A DNA stretch of 64,000 nucleotides from positions 12,087 to 76,086 of the forward strand of contig CAZYRK010000002.1 in NCBI GenBank assembly GCA_964650475.1. Direction: 5' to 3'. The stretch is from an uncultured Candidatus Saccharibacteria bacterium. Lineage in GTDB: Bacteria > Patescibacteriota > Minisyncoccia > Phycocordibacterales > Phycocordibacteraceae. Position numbers and translations under genes: made by a program. This document shows positions 9,527-18,835 of the stretch, one piece after another (the stretch's first letter is position 1; each line of letters begins with the position of its first letter). The notes under the pieces were generated by a model. It searched no databases and was not told where the DNA came from. It was given only the letters and a program-made list of their open reading frames with translations.

Positions 9527-11674
9527 TTACTTGCGTGATGCGATAATATCCAGCGCCACGTTCTGAGGCACGGTCTCGTAGTGATCGAATTCCATAGTCA
9601 TAGAACCTCGACCTTCCGTCATAGAACGCAAAATCGTTGTGTATCCAAACATTTCCGCAAGCGGTACCTTTGCATGAATCGCTTTGTTTATACCTCGGTC
9701 TTCCATTCCTTCTATCGCTCCGCGCTTCCCTGAAAGGTTTCCGGTGATGTCACCCATAAACTCCTCCGGAACAATAACCTCAACCTCCATTACAGGCTCG
9801 AGCAGTACCGGCTTTGCTTTTTGCACAGCCTCGTGGAAAGCCTGTGACGCTGCGATTTTGAAAGCAATCTCAGACGAGTCCACTTCATGGTATGAACCGT
9901 CGTACAGCTCAACAGAAACGTCAACAATCGGGTAACCTGCGAGCACACCCCTGTCCAAACCTTCACGAATTCCTTTTTCTACAGCCGGAATATATTCCTG
10001 CGGAATAACACCTCCCTTAATACTGTTGATGAATTCGAAATGGTCTTCGCGTTTAATATTTTTCGGAACCTTTGCACCTTCTTCAATCGGCTCAAGCGGT
10101 TTAATGCGAATTTTCACATGCCCGTACTGGCCACGCCCACCGGTCTGTTTGATGTATTTATTTTCAACTTCCGCAGAAGTCTTGATAGCTTCACGGTACG
10201 CTACCTGTGGCTTGCCAACATTTGCTTCAACATTAAACTCTCGCTTCATACGGTCAACAAGAATGTCGAGGTGAAGCTCGCCCATACCTGCGATAATAGT
10301 CTCCATAGTTTCATCATCTGTTGAAACACGGAACGTCGGATCTTCATCGGATAGTTTGTGAAGAGCGATTCCAAGCTTTTCCTGATCGGCTTTGGTCTTC
10401 GGCTCAATACGCAAAGAAACAACCGGCTCCGGAAAGATTATCTCTTCCAAAACAATCGGGTGCGCTTCGTCACAAAGAGTATGAGATGTTTTTGTATCTT
10501 TCAGTCCAACCGCCGCCGCAATCTCACCGGCAAAAACCTTTTTTACTTCCTCACGCTTGTCCGCTTGAAGTCGCACGATACGCCCGATGCGCTCTTTGGT
10601 TCCCGTATTTGCATTGTATACATACGAACCAGCCTCAAGCGTCCCTGCGTAGACACGAAAGAAAGTAAGTGTCCCAACGAAAGGGTCGGTTTGGATTTTG
10701 AATGCGAGCGCTGTGAACGGTTCGTCATCTGATGGTTTACGCTCGATTTCTTCACCGCTCTTCGGGTCTATACCTTTAACTGGTGGCAAGTCTACAGGCG
10801 ATGGAAGATAGTCCGCAACAGCATCGAGCACCGGCTGTACACCTTTGTTTTTCAAAGCAGAGCCCGTAAACACAGGAAAGATTTCATTTGAAATTACAGC
10901 TTTACGAAGAGCGCTCTTAAGCTCTTCAAGAGAAGGCTCGTTTCCTTCAAGATAAGCGCTCATAAGATTTTCGTCTTGCTCTACAATACGCTCAACCAAT
11001 TCTGCTCGGTACTTCTTTGCATCTTCTTTTAGATTTTCCGGCACCTCAATAATCACAACTTCTTCACCCATGTTTCCTTCGAAATGAAAAGCCTTCATTG
11101 TGAGCAGATCTACAGCTCCTTCATGTTCGCCTTCCTCACCTATCGGTATTTGCATACGCACCGCTTTTTTGGAAAGACGGTCTTCAATGCTTTTATATGA
11201 ACGCTCGAACGACGCTCCAGTACGATCGAGTTTATTTATGAAACACAATCGAGGAACATTTGCATCGTCTGCGTAGCGCCAGTTTGTTTCTGTTTGCGGT
11301 TCAACACCTGAAACACCGTCGAAAACAACGACAGCACCATCGAGTACACGCATAGAACGCTGAACCTCTGCGGTAAAGTCGATGTGCCCTGGGGTGTCAA
11401 TAATATTAAAACGGAACTTCTTGGACATATCTTTTTTATCCATTTCATCTGTCTTGCTCCAGAAGCATGTAATGGCAGCGGAGGTTATTGTGATACCTCG
11501 CTCACGTTCCTGCTCCATCCAGTCTGTTGTTGTTTCTCCTTCATGAACTTCACCAATTTTGTGTTGGCTACCTGTATAGAAAAGAACACGTTCAGATGTA
11601 GTTGTTTTACCGGCGTCAATATGTGCAATGATGCCGAAGTTGCGTACTTTTTCAAGCGGATAATCTCGATTCAT
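9527..11674 (-). CDS. fusA: Elongation factor G
   Basis: 715 aa, [13 protein letters not shown].. G-domain, full-length EF-G architecture. Confidence 0.97.
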   Translation of the reverse strand: MNRDYPLEKVRNFGIIAHIDAGKTTTSERVLFYTGSQHKIGEVHEGETTTDWMEQERERGITITSAAITCFWSKTDEMDKKDMSKKFRFNIIDTPGHIDFTAEVQRSMRVLDGAVVVFDGVSGVEPQTETNWRYADDANVPRLCFINKLDRTGASFERSYKSIEDRLSKKAVRMQIPIGEEGEHEGAVDLLTMKAFHFEGNMGEEVVIIEVPENLKEDAKKYRAELVERIVEQDENLMSAYLEGNEPSLEELKSALRKAVISNEIFPVFTGSALKNKGVQPVLDAVADYLPSPVDLPPVKGIDPKSGEEIERKPSDDEPFTALAFKIQTDPFVGTLTFFRVYAGTLEAGSYVYNANTGTKERIGRIVRLQADKREEVKKVFAGEIAAAVGLKDTKTSHTLCDEAHPIVLEEIIFPEPVVSLRIEPKTKADQEKLGIALHKLSDEDPTFRVSTDDETMETIIAGMGELHLDILVDRMKREFNVEANVGKPQVAYREAIKTSAEVENKYIKQTGGRGQYGHVKIRIKPLEPIEEGAKVPKNIKREDHFEFINSIKGGVIPQEYIPAVEKGIREGLDRGVLAGYPIVDVSVELYDGSYHEVDSSEIAFKIAASQAFHEAVQKAKPVLLEPVMEVEVIVPEEFMGDITGNLSGKRGAIEGMEDRGINKAIHAKVPLAEMFGYTTILRSMTEGRGSMTMEFDHYETVPQNVALDIIASRK

Positions 11675-11876
11675 AGATAATTGTTACAAAAAATAAGATG
11701 CTCCGACGGTTTTACCAAAACGCTTACACATATGAAAACATATTATCTTTCCATACAACAAGCGAGTGGCTAAAAAGACCGCCAAAAGCGTTGCTTAGAG
11801 GATAACCTAACTACCATAAAATGCAATCTTATATACAAAAATTGTCCGAAGCAACCGAAACGCATACTGTTTTCCT

Positions 11877-12281
11877 TTAGTGATTTAGCTTCCCGCTAGG
11901 GTCAATATGTGTAATACAGAAAAATTGTTGTTTTTGATAACCAAACACGCGAAACAGCTTGTCTGACTCGACACGAAAATGAAAATAATACTGTTCCATA
12001 AGATTACCCTCATAAGTGCTCTGCGTACTTATTAAATTGAAGTTTGGAGCTCCTTGTTTTTCAAACGTTAGCCCCTTTTTTCTTGAGAGATTCGCAAACT
12101 GCTTCCATGTTAATTTTTCCACATATTGCAGTTTGTGTAAAAAAATTTTTGCTTGCTCCTTATTTAAGGGCCAGAACGAATACTTTTTATCAAGCGAGCA
12201 GTCACTTATGGAAAAACAAATTTTTTCTTCTGCGTATTCAAGATTAATTTTTGTTGATACGTCGTGTTCGTCCATAGGCAA
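11877..12281 (-). CDS. Hypothetical protein; candidate toxin partner of the upstream Panacea-domain gene
   Basis: 134-aa ORF 13 nt downstream of the DUF4065 gene on the same strand. The C-terminus YYFHFRVESDKLFRVFGYQKQQFFCITHID loosely resembles RelE/ParE/HigB-type toxin C-termini. No confident family call. Confidence 0.35.
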   Translation of the reverse strand: MPMDEHDVSTKINLEYAEEKICFSISDCSLDKKYSFWPLNKEQAKIFLHKLQYVEKLTWKQFANLSRKKGLTFEKQGAPNFNLISTQSTYEGNLMEQYYFHFRVESDKLFRVFGYQKQQFFCITHIDPSGKLNH

Positions 12282-12294
12282 GGAAAAACCCGAC

Positions 12295-12759
12295 CTATTT
12301 ATTCAATAACGGGCTGTAATACTCTTTAAGGGCTTTGTTTGAAATGATTTGACTCGATGTTTTGTTTGCTTCTTTCCATGGAGTATGAGCATGGGTAATA
12401 TTAACGAGCTTGCTTGCGGAATAACCACCGAAAGTGTTCCAGATTATTTGAACAACTTTTTTATCCTCTTCGGAAAGCGATGACTTGCCGTCATCAATAA
12501 TCGGATTACTGCCATTACTTCGATATTTTTTATAAACACGCGAAACAACCGGTCCGTACTCCCACGCTTCAATATCATCAGAAAAAAGTGCCCTACCTAA
12601 TTTTGCAATATAATATGCCTGCGCAAAATATAATATCTTTTGTAATTTAAGATTTGTGATTCCTTCGCGTTCCTGATTATCGCCGACAAGCTCTTTTGAA
12701 GCGAGATGGATGAAATATTTTGCAACATTGTCGGCTGTGTAAGTTATTTTTTTAGCCAT
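12295..12759 (-). CDS. Panacea-domain (DUF4065/SocA-like) antitoxin-family protein
   Basis: ..NLKLQKILYFAQAYYIAKLGRALFSDDIEAWEYGPVVSRVY.. matches the DUF4065 core. The likely start is the internal MAKKITYT (12759); the ORF extends to 12822. Confidence 0.65.
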   Translation of the reverse strand: MAKKITYTADNVAKYFIHLASKELVGDNQEREGITNLKLQKILYFAQAYYIAKLGRALFSDDIEAWEYGPVVSRVYKKYRSNGSNPIIDDGKSSLSEEDKKVVQIIWNTFGGYSASKLVNITHAHTPWKEANKTSSQIISNKALKEYYSPLLNK

Positions 12760-12858
12760 ATATAAACTATATCTTGCTGAGTAACAAAAGCCAACAAAAT
12801 CCCGGCAATCATCATTGTGCATAAGTAAAGCGCGCGTAGTTATATATTGTTCAGCACA

Positions 12859-12898
12859 CCGGGCTACTTAGGGGTCGCCCCCCCCTAAGTAGCCCGGG
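12859..12898. repeat. 40-bp hairpin element, copy 1 (flanks hicAB)
   Basis: CCGGGCTACTTAGGGGTCGCCCCCCCCTAAGTAGCCCGGG. The same core is repeated at 13363-13400 in the same orientation. Confidence 0.7.
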
Positions 12899-12905
12899 AT
12901 GTTTA

Positions 12906-13100
12906 CTATTTTTTACTTATGCCTATTATACCGAGGTCATTACAAATTTTTTTCGCAAGAAAGTTATTTATCTCATTATGTCTTGGAACGGTGGATAATT
13001 TTTTAATGGTTGGATTGAGATACACGCTATGCTTTGCACCCTCCCGCAAAAATATACACCCACATTTTATAAGATGTTTTATGAGGTCAGTCCTTTTCAT
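12906..13100 (-). CDS. hicA: HicA-family mRNA interferase toxin
   Basis: 64 aa, MKRTDLIKHLIKCGCIFLREGAKHSVYLNPTIKKLSTVPRH is close to the HicA consensus (..GSHhxF.hP....tVP.H). Confidence 0.8.
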   Translation of the reverse strand: MKRTDLIKHLIKCGCIFLREGAKHSVYLNPTIKKLSTVPRHNEINNFLAKKICNDLGIIGISKK

Positions 13101-13360
13101 TAGATGGAGACAATGAGATTCTCTTTTATAATTTTTTGCTTGCTATTTGACTTATACATCAAACGGTTTGTCTCCAGCACCAAAAAAAGTGCGTCTTTAA
13201 GATTTTCTTTTGTCTCACTCAGTGTGGCACCTTGAGTATTCACGCCGGGGACTTCTTCAATCCACCCAGAGTACCACTTTCCATCTTTTTTATAGTTTGC
13301 TGTAAATTGTCTTTTCATATACATAGTATACATTACATTAATATATAGATGCGAGCCCAC
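13100..13360 (-). CDS. hicB: HicB-family antitoxin
   Basis: 86 aa, ..YKKDGKWYSGWIEEVPGVNTQGATLSETKENLKDALFLVLE is the HicB/UPF0150 fold signature. The stop overlaps the hicA start. Confidence 0.7.
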   Translation of the reverse strand: MGSHLYINVMYTMYMKRQFTANYKKDGKWYSGWIEEVPGVNTQGATLSETKENLKDALFLVLETNRLMYKSNSKQKIIKENLIVSI

Positions 13361-13362
13361 GG

Positions 13363-13400
13363 GGGTTACTTAGGGGTCGCCCCCCCCTAAGTAACCCGGG
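13363..13400. repeat. 40-bp hairpin element, copy 2 (flanks hicAB)
   Basis: GGGGTTACTTAGGGGTCGCCCCCCCCTAAGTAACCCGGGG has an identical loop and core, with compensatory stem changes versus copy 1. Confidence 0.7.
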
Positions 13401-13406
13401 GTGTGA

Positions 13407-13709
13407 TTATTGTCTGGCGTAGCACCCCATAAGCTCCGCGACTGTGATTATGTGCCCCTGCATTTCTGAAAGTACAGTGTCTTTTGTTACCCTTTCTTTA
13501 AGAGAAAGATTTGTATCAAGTGCGTACAGGCTGAAAAAATAACGATGCTCTTTCGGCTCATACTGCGGTGGCGGGCAATGTCCGGTATAGCCATTTTTGC
13601 CGGAACCGTTTGCCCCTTGTGTTCCAAGAATGGTGCCTACGGACAATTGAAAGCGGTGGAGATATGTTTTCACCATCGCACGTGTAGCGCTCGGGGATAT
13701 AATCACCAT
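13407..13709 (-). pseudogene. PEBP/YbhB-YbcL family protein, 5'-truncated remnant
   Basis: ..GYTGHCPPPQYEPKEHRYFFSLYALDTNLSL...GHIITVAELMGCY matches the C-terminal two-thirds of YbhB-type PEBP. The N-terminal ~60 aa are missing, and only 112 nt separate it from the rpsG stop. Confidence 0.5.
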
Positions 13710-13763
13710 TTGAGAATGCGGTTGAGACGAGTGCCGTTTGTATATGTTTATGTTAGCCCAACG

Positions 13764-13797
13764 AAAGGGGCGCGCGACAAAGTCGCGCGCCCCTTTC
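13764..13797 (-). terminator. Hairpin after rpsG
   Basis: AAAGGGGCGCGCGAC-AAA-GTCGCGCGCCCCTTTC. Confidence 0.45.
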
Positions 13798-13821
13798 CCT
13801 TTTTAGTGCCTTTCACTTACT

Positions 13822-14301
13822 CTACCAAGCAAAGTGCGCAAAAGCCTTGTTTGACTCCGCCATGCGGTGCATGTCGTCTTTCTTTTTAACTGCGTCTCCT
13901 TCACCTTTAGCCGCGAGCAGAAGCTCTTCTGCGAGTTTTTCAGACATTGGTCGTCCTTTTTTGTTGCGTGCTCCGTTTATTATCCAACGAAAAGCCAGTG
14001 CGAGTCTGCGCTGTTGCGGAACTTCGCGAGGAACCTGATAGTTTGCACCACCTACACGACGAGAACGAACCTCCATAAGAGGAGAAACATTGCGTATCGC
14101 CATTTCAAAAGTTTCAAGCGCGTCAATCTTTGTTCCCTCTTCGTTTTTAAAGTCGAGACTTCCAAGAGCATCGTACACAACCTTGCGTGCGATATCTTTC
14201 TTTCCGTCCAACATAACAGCGTTAATGAAACGGGTAAGCGTTTCAGAACCGTATTTAAGATCGGGGTTCCATGTGCGGGGATTTTTAATTGGGTGTCTCA
14301 T
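13822..14301 (-). CDS. rpsG: 30S ribosomal protein S7
   Basis: 159 aa, S7-like (..FINAVMLDGKK..ARKVVY.A..), follows rpsL. Confidence 0.9.
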   Translation of the reverse strand: MRHPIKNPRTWNPDLKYGSETLTRFINAVMLDGKKDIARKVVYDALGSLDFKNEEGTKIDALETFEMAIRNVSPLMEVRSRRVGGANYQVPREVPQQRRLALAFRWIINGARNKKGRPMSEKLAEELLLAAKGEGDAVKKKDDMHRMAESNKAFAHFAW

Positions 14302-14310
14302 ATTAAAATA

Positions 14311-14718
14311 TTAGTTCGGTTTTTTAGCTCCGTATCGTGAGCGTCCGCGACGGCGCTTGTCTACACCAGCAGCGTCGAGTTTACCTCGAACGATAGTGTA
14401 TTGCACGCCGATGTCTTTAACGCGACCACCGCGAAGAAGCACAACGGAGTGTTCCTGAAGGTTGTGACCTTCTCCCGGTACATACGCGGTAACTTCCATA
14501 CCGTTTGTAAGACGTACACGTGCGATTTTTCGAATAGCAGAGTTCGGTTTGCGAGGAGTCTTTGTGGTTACTTTTGTACACACACCTCTTTTAAAAGGAG
14601 ATGGGTAATTCGTCGGTCGGTTTTTAAGAGCATTGAAACCACGCGAAAGCGCAACGACTTTTGTCTTGCGGGTTTTGTTTTTGCGTGGCTTGTGTGAAAG
14701 CTGATTGATTGTTGACAT
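14311..14718 (-). CDS. rpsL: 30S ribosomal protein S12
   Basis: 135 aa, [13 protein letters not shown]...[16 protein letters not shown] is S12-like. Confidence 0.93.
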   Translation of the reverse strand: MSTINQLSHKPRKNKTRKTKVVALSRGFNALKNRPTNYPSPFKRGVCTKVTTKTPRKPNSAIRKIARVRLTNGMEVTAYVPGEGHNLQEHSVVLLRGGRVKDIGVQYTIVRGKLDAAGVDKRRRGRSRYGAKKPN

Positions 14719-14753
14719 TTCGAATATAAAAACCCCACAAAGGGCTTGCGAGC

Positions 14754-14782
14754 ACTATATATGATATGCGAAGGAATTGCAA
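14754..14782 (-). promoter_or_regulatory. Candidate sigma70-type promoter for rpsL-rpsG
   Basis: Minus strand reads TTGCAA-N17-TATAGT, about 35 nt upstream of the rpsL ATG. Confidence 0.3.
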
Positions 14783-15039
14783 CGTCACGGCTTGCCGACA
14801 CTACAAAACCCGATAGTCAGTTAGGATTTAATATTAAAACTATTACAATTTTTTGTCACTATATCTGCCACGCAACTAAGGTGTGTAACTTAATTGCCAG
14901 CACGAAACAGAAACAAAACATATTGTGGATAATCACACTACTTTTATTGACTAAAAAATATCATTAATATAATATTCAAGATACGAAATGCCGGGGAGCG
15001 AGCGTGATGCCGCGATCCGGTTTTTCTATTTGTTTTTGC

Positions 15040-15828
15040 TCAAGGTAATACTTTTATTGCCTCGACCTTATCAAGGAACCTCTTTTTTAAAACTTTGGCA
15101 TTTCTGGGCGCACGAAATATTTTTTTATTAAGTATTCGCAACATAATTTCTTCATAAGAGTTTTTCTTAATTTTCTTTTTAAGATATTTACATTTAATCG
15201 CATATGCGAACAAATCCGCAATTTGCTCCTCTATATCATGATTCTTTTTTGAAACAAAGGATATTGAAGTTATTGTCTCTTGAACTTTTTTATATGATAC
15301 TTTTGGTACAGTGAGTCCCTCTGATAGAAAATACCCGAGTGCGCGATGAAAATAAAAATCTTTTTCTGCTGTCGCGCTTTCAATAACAACCTCTCCGCGT
15401 GAATCATGAGAAAGCAATATCAATATGAAATTGCGAATCATTGATTTTGCCGTTTCTTTGTAGATTTTTGTTTCGTCCCAACCTAATTTTTTGGTTTTCT
15501 CCTTATCAACAATTGCAAAAAACATTTTGAATTTCGAGTCGATCAAAAGAGCCTCGAGATCATGCAAGAAGTTTTTGTGAATATCCTTGCCTCTTAAAAT
15601 TGCAAATTCGCCATCTCTACGTCCAATTTCACGTGAGTGAAAAATTATATCTGTGTGTCCCCAATATTTAAACTTAATTTAATCTGCGAATATTTTTATG
15701 CGCGCTCGCTCAGAATCACTAACCGAGCAGCAAGACAAAACATACAAAGGGGAAGGATGTTTATAGCTTGCATGTCCGAGCTCATCTATAAATAGTTTGT
15801 ATGCGATTTTGTCAAAATGGTTTGTCAT
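15040..15828 (-). pseudogene. DUF3800-family protein interrupted by in-frame TAA
   Basis: N-part (15682-15828) reads MTNHFDKIAYKLFIDELGHASYKHPSPLYVLSCCSV.., then TAA at 15679-15681, then the same frame continues ..KYWGHTDIIFHSREIGRRDGEF...FAIVDKEK...VVIESATAEKD...ADLFAYAI, which is a DUF3800 architecture. The downstream part alone starts at TTG. Confidence 0.55.
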
Positions 15829-16066
15829 AACAAGACAATATATATAATATCAGCAGTATCCAAACATCTCTAATTTAAGTCTAGAAATATAAATATTGGT
15901 AGCTGGTAGAAAACTGCGACAAAAAAACAATGCTATTTTAGCCCTTTATTGAAAGGGCTTTTCTCGCGGTTTTTGAAACAGCCATTGCTTCATATTATCC
16001 TTATATAATCAATTTTACTCATATTGGCTGAAAGATTATCCACCTATGTTCTAAAAAGGGTGTCGC

Positions 16067-18835
16067 ATGTACACCATAAAGATATTAAAATGTAAACCAA
16101 TGCGCGCACATAAGCCCCTACTCTTTTCACTCGCAGTTTTTATCTTTGCTGTTTTGGTAGGCGTGCCTCAAGTCTCTCGGGCAGATACAAATCCAAATAT
16201 TCCACAATGCCCAAGATTCGAAAAAACCGGGCTGCGCTGGACAAATCCAGACCCGCATCGAAACACTTTCAATCAGACTTTTCCTAAAATAGATATGACT
16301 GGGGATATTTTTATATCTAATTATCCTGGTATTTTTATGCAGGACGGTGGCACGTACTCTTTTCCTTTTCATATACCCAGTTTTGGTTATGTGGTTATTG
16401 CAGGTACAAACTGTTCCAAAACAAAAGGCGACCTGTACTTTCTTCCGAAAGATTCCAGCGCACGCCAATTCGTAACGAGCTTCCATGGAGCCGGAGATAT
16501 TTTTGGGGGTTCACCTTACAGCCCACCGGACATTACTTATTTCCAATGGAAAAAATCCGGGCAATACGAGCTTGATATCCAAGAAAAGAATTCTGACACC
16601 GGCACATATGCGCTTACAAAAACCATTCACTTTACAGCAATAAACACCGACAACCCTTGCTCTGCCCCCAATTCCTGTTTTGACAATGTTCTTTTTATCC
16701 CGGGCACCGAAGCGAGCAGACTGTACTACAAAGACGGTTTTGGTGAACACCAAGTATGGGAACCGGATTTTTATACCGATATACCGTACCTAGAAATGAA
16801 CCAAGACGGCACGAGCAAACACACGCTGTACACGAAAGACATTATCGGGAGTTTGTATGGGAACACTACGGTCGAGAAAAAGATTGCTCTGCAATACTTA
16901 AACCAGGACGGAGTACAGGTCTACGGAAACTTCGAAAAGTTTATGAACGGGCTCGTAGCTTCAAGCACAATTAAGCAATGGTCTGCTTACCCCTACGACT
17001 GGCGCTACAGCGCGGACGACATTGTAAACAACGGAACTCTCACAGAAATGCCAAACGGCACCTTAAAACGCGTTTATATTGAAAAAGAGATCGAAAACCT
17101 TGCGTCAAGCTCCCCGACGGGGAAAGTAATGATTGTGGCACATTCAAATGGTGGTTTGGTTGCAAAAGAGCTTTTACAGAAACTCTCCAACGACGGCAAG
17201 CTAAAGCTTGTTGACAAGTTCGTTATGGTTGCCACTCCGCAATGGGGTACACCGGAAGCTATCGGCGTACTATTGCATGGAGACGGACAGACTCAAGCGC
17301 ACGGGCTTCTTATGAGCAGTGCCGAGACCCGAAGAGTAACAAAAACAATGCCCGGAGCTTACGACCTTTTGCCATCCTGGGAATATTTTCAGCAAATTAC
17401 TATTCCGGTTATCACTATCGATGCAAACGGCTCCGCCACAAACGACCTTGCAAAAGCTTTCGGAACAAAAATATCTTATTTCACAGAATTCGCAAATTTT
17501 CTTGAACACGGGTTTGGATATTTCCCCGCCCCGCAAGACACGGACACAGCACTGCGCACACCTATAGCTCTTTCCAAAAAACTCATCGATAAAGCAAAAG
17601 ACATGCATTTTCTTATAGACGTAGCGACCAGATGGTCGGATCTTTACGGTATCGACGTAACAGCGATAGCAGGCTGGGGGCAAAACACAGTAAAAACACT
17701 GGCGTACTCTACCGGGCAAAAAACAATCTGCACAAACCTCACCGCCGATGTTATAAACGCTTTTGAACCTCCGTGCCATACCTACTATTATCTCGAACAC
17801 ACACCGGTAACAACCCAAGGTGGAGACGGCACCGTCGTTTATCAAAGTGCTGTTGGAAATATTATTCACGAGTTGTTTTTTGATTCTTTTCTTTTCAAGA
17901 AAATCTTCCACGAGAAAATAGTCCACCAAAACATAACCTCCGCACCGCCAATACAAAATGTAATTAAAGACATTCTTACAAACAAAAAAGTACAGAAAAC
18001 AAACTACATAACAAAAACAAAACCTTCTTCCGGTGAAACTTTCCACGAAATCCGTATAAGCTCTCATTCTCCGGTAAATATTCTTATAACTTCCGCAAAC
18101 GGGGAACAGAGCGGTGTTGTCCATATTCCCGGCACAGACTTCTCTGGAACAAAAATGGATATTCTAGGAAGCTCCGTGCAGGTTTTCGATACAGAAGAGT
18201 ATGTAAGCCTTCCAAAAAATGGAAACTATAAAGTGGTTGCGCGGGGTCACGGAAACGGCACAGCAACAATACTTATTGAAACGATAGCCCAAGACGGAAC
18301 TGCGAGCACTACAAATACGTTTGCGGAAATTCCGACCACGGCAAGCTCCACCATTACTTTCTCCGTATCAAAAGGACAGCCTACAGCACCTATAATAGAC
18401 CTCACAGGAACCGGCAAACACACTTTTACCATACCTGTTGGCAACGACCCGCTCGCATATGTTCTTTATATGAAAAACGCGATTAAAGAAATGAATCTCT
18501 CTCGCGGTGAGCACTTTGTTATCAATGCAAAGCTCTCCGTGATAGAAATGCAGATAAAAAGCTCCAAAGAAACATCGCGATTTTTCAGAAAGGTGTGGCG
18601 AGGACACAGACCATACGGCAAACTGAGCGCCTGGCGAAACAAACAGATTAAATTTGAGCTTGCTGTTCTTACTCGCTATATCAACCACCAGTTTTCTCTT
18701 TCTGCGCGTATCGATAAAAATAAAGACATGCGCTCGCATCGGCACTTCGCCCGATACAATATGCAACCACACATAAGTGCGACGCAAGCTGAAACCATTA
18801 TCGATATGATCAACCGCCTAAAAAACTTAATCTAA
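16067..18835 (+). CDS. Secreted alpha/beta-hydrolase (lipase/esterase-like, GHSxG-type nucleophile elbow) with large C-terminal region
   Basis: 922 aa with a signal peptide (MRAHKPLLFSLAVFIFAVLVGVPQVSRA) and IVAHSNGGLVAKELL nucleophile motif typical of PGAP1/lipase-class hydrolases. The last ~120 aa are unusually basic. Confidence 0.6.
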   Translation: MYTIKILKCKPMRAHKPLLFSLAVFIFAVLVGVPQVSRADTNPNIPQCPRFEKTGLRWTNPDPHRNTFNQTFPKIDMTGDIFISNYPGIFMQDGGTYSFPFHIPSFGYVVIAGTNCSKTKGDLYFLPKDSSARQFVTSFHGAGDIFGGSPYSPPDITYFQWKKSGQYELDIQEKNSDTGTYALTKTIHFTAINTDNPCSAPNSCFDNVLFIPGTEASRLYYKDGFGEHQVWEPDFYTDIPYLEMNQDGTSKHTLYTKDIIGSLYGNTTVEKKIALQYLNQDGVQVYGNFEKFMNGLVASSTIKQWSAYPYDWRYSADDIVNNGTLTEMPNGTLKRVYIEKEIENLASSSPTGKVMIVAHSNGGLVAKELLQKLSNDGKLKLVDKFVMVATPQWGTPEAIGVLLHGDGQTQAHGLLMSSAETRRVTKTMPGAYDLLPSWEYFQQITIPVITIDANGSATNDLAKAFGTKISYFTEFANFLEHGFGYFPAPQDTDTALRTPIALSKKLIDKAKDMHFLIDVATRWSDLYGIDVTAIAGWGQNTVKTLAYSTGQKTICTNLTADVINAFEPPCHTYYYLEHTPVTTQGGDGTVVYQSAVGNIIHELFFDSFLFKKIFHEKIVHQNITSAPPIQNVIKDILTNKKVQKTNYITKTKPSSGETFHEIRISSHSPVNILITSANGEQSGVVHIPGTDFSGTKMDILGSSVQVFDTEEYVSLPKNGNYKVVARGHGNGTATILIETIAQDGTASTTNTFAEIPTTASSTITFSVSKGQPTAPIIDLTGTGKHTFTIPVGNDPLAYVLYMKNAIKEMNLSRGEHFVINAKLSVIEMQIKSSKETSRFFRKVWRGHRPYGKLSAWRNKQIKFELAVLTRYINHQFSLSARIDKNKDMRSHRHFARYNMQPHISATQAETIIDMINRLKNLI

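Noticed and set aside
13100-13360. Alternative reading of hicB as a longer protein starting at MGSHLYINV
   Set aside because: The N-terminal 14 residues overlap the hairpin element and are not part of the HicB fold. The start is probably at the internal MYMKRQ, which is uncertain, so the ORF bounds were kept but flagged.
14949-14977. Plus-strand TTGACT-N15-TATAAT promoter-like match
   Set aside because: Its orientation is antisense to both neighbouring genes and the spacer is short. AT-rich chance match.
17270-18124. 284-aa Cys/Tyr/Phe-rich ORF antisense inside the hydrolase gene
   Set aside because: It is entirely antisense to a well-supported 922-aa CDS, with low-complexity composition and no recognisable domain. 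It is most likely a spurious frame.
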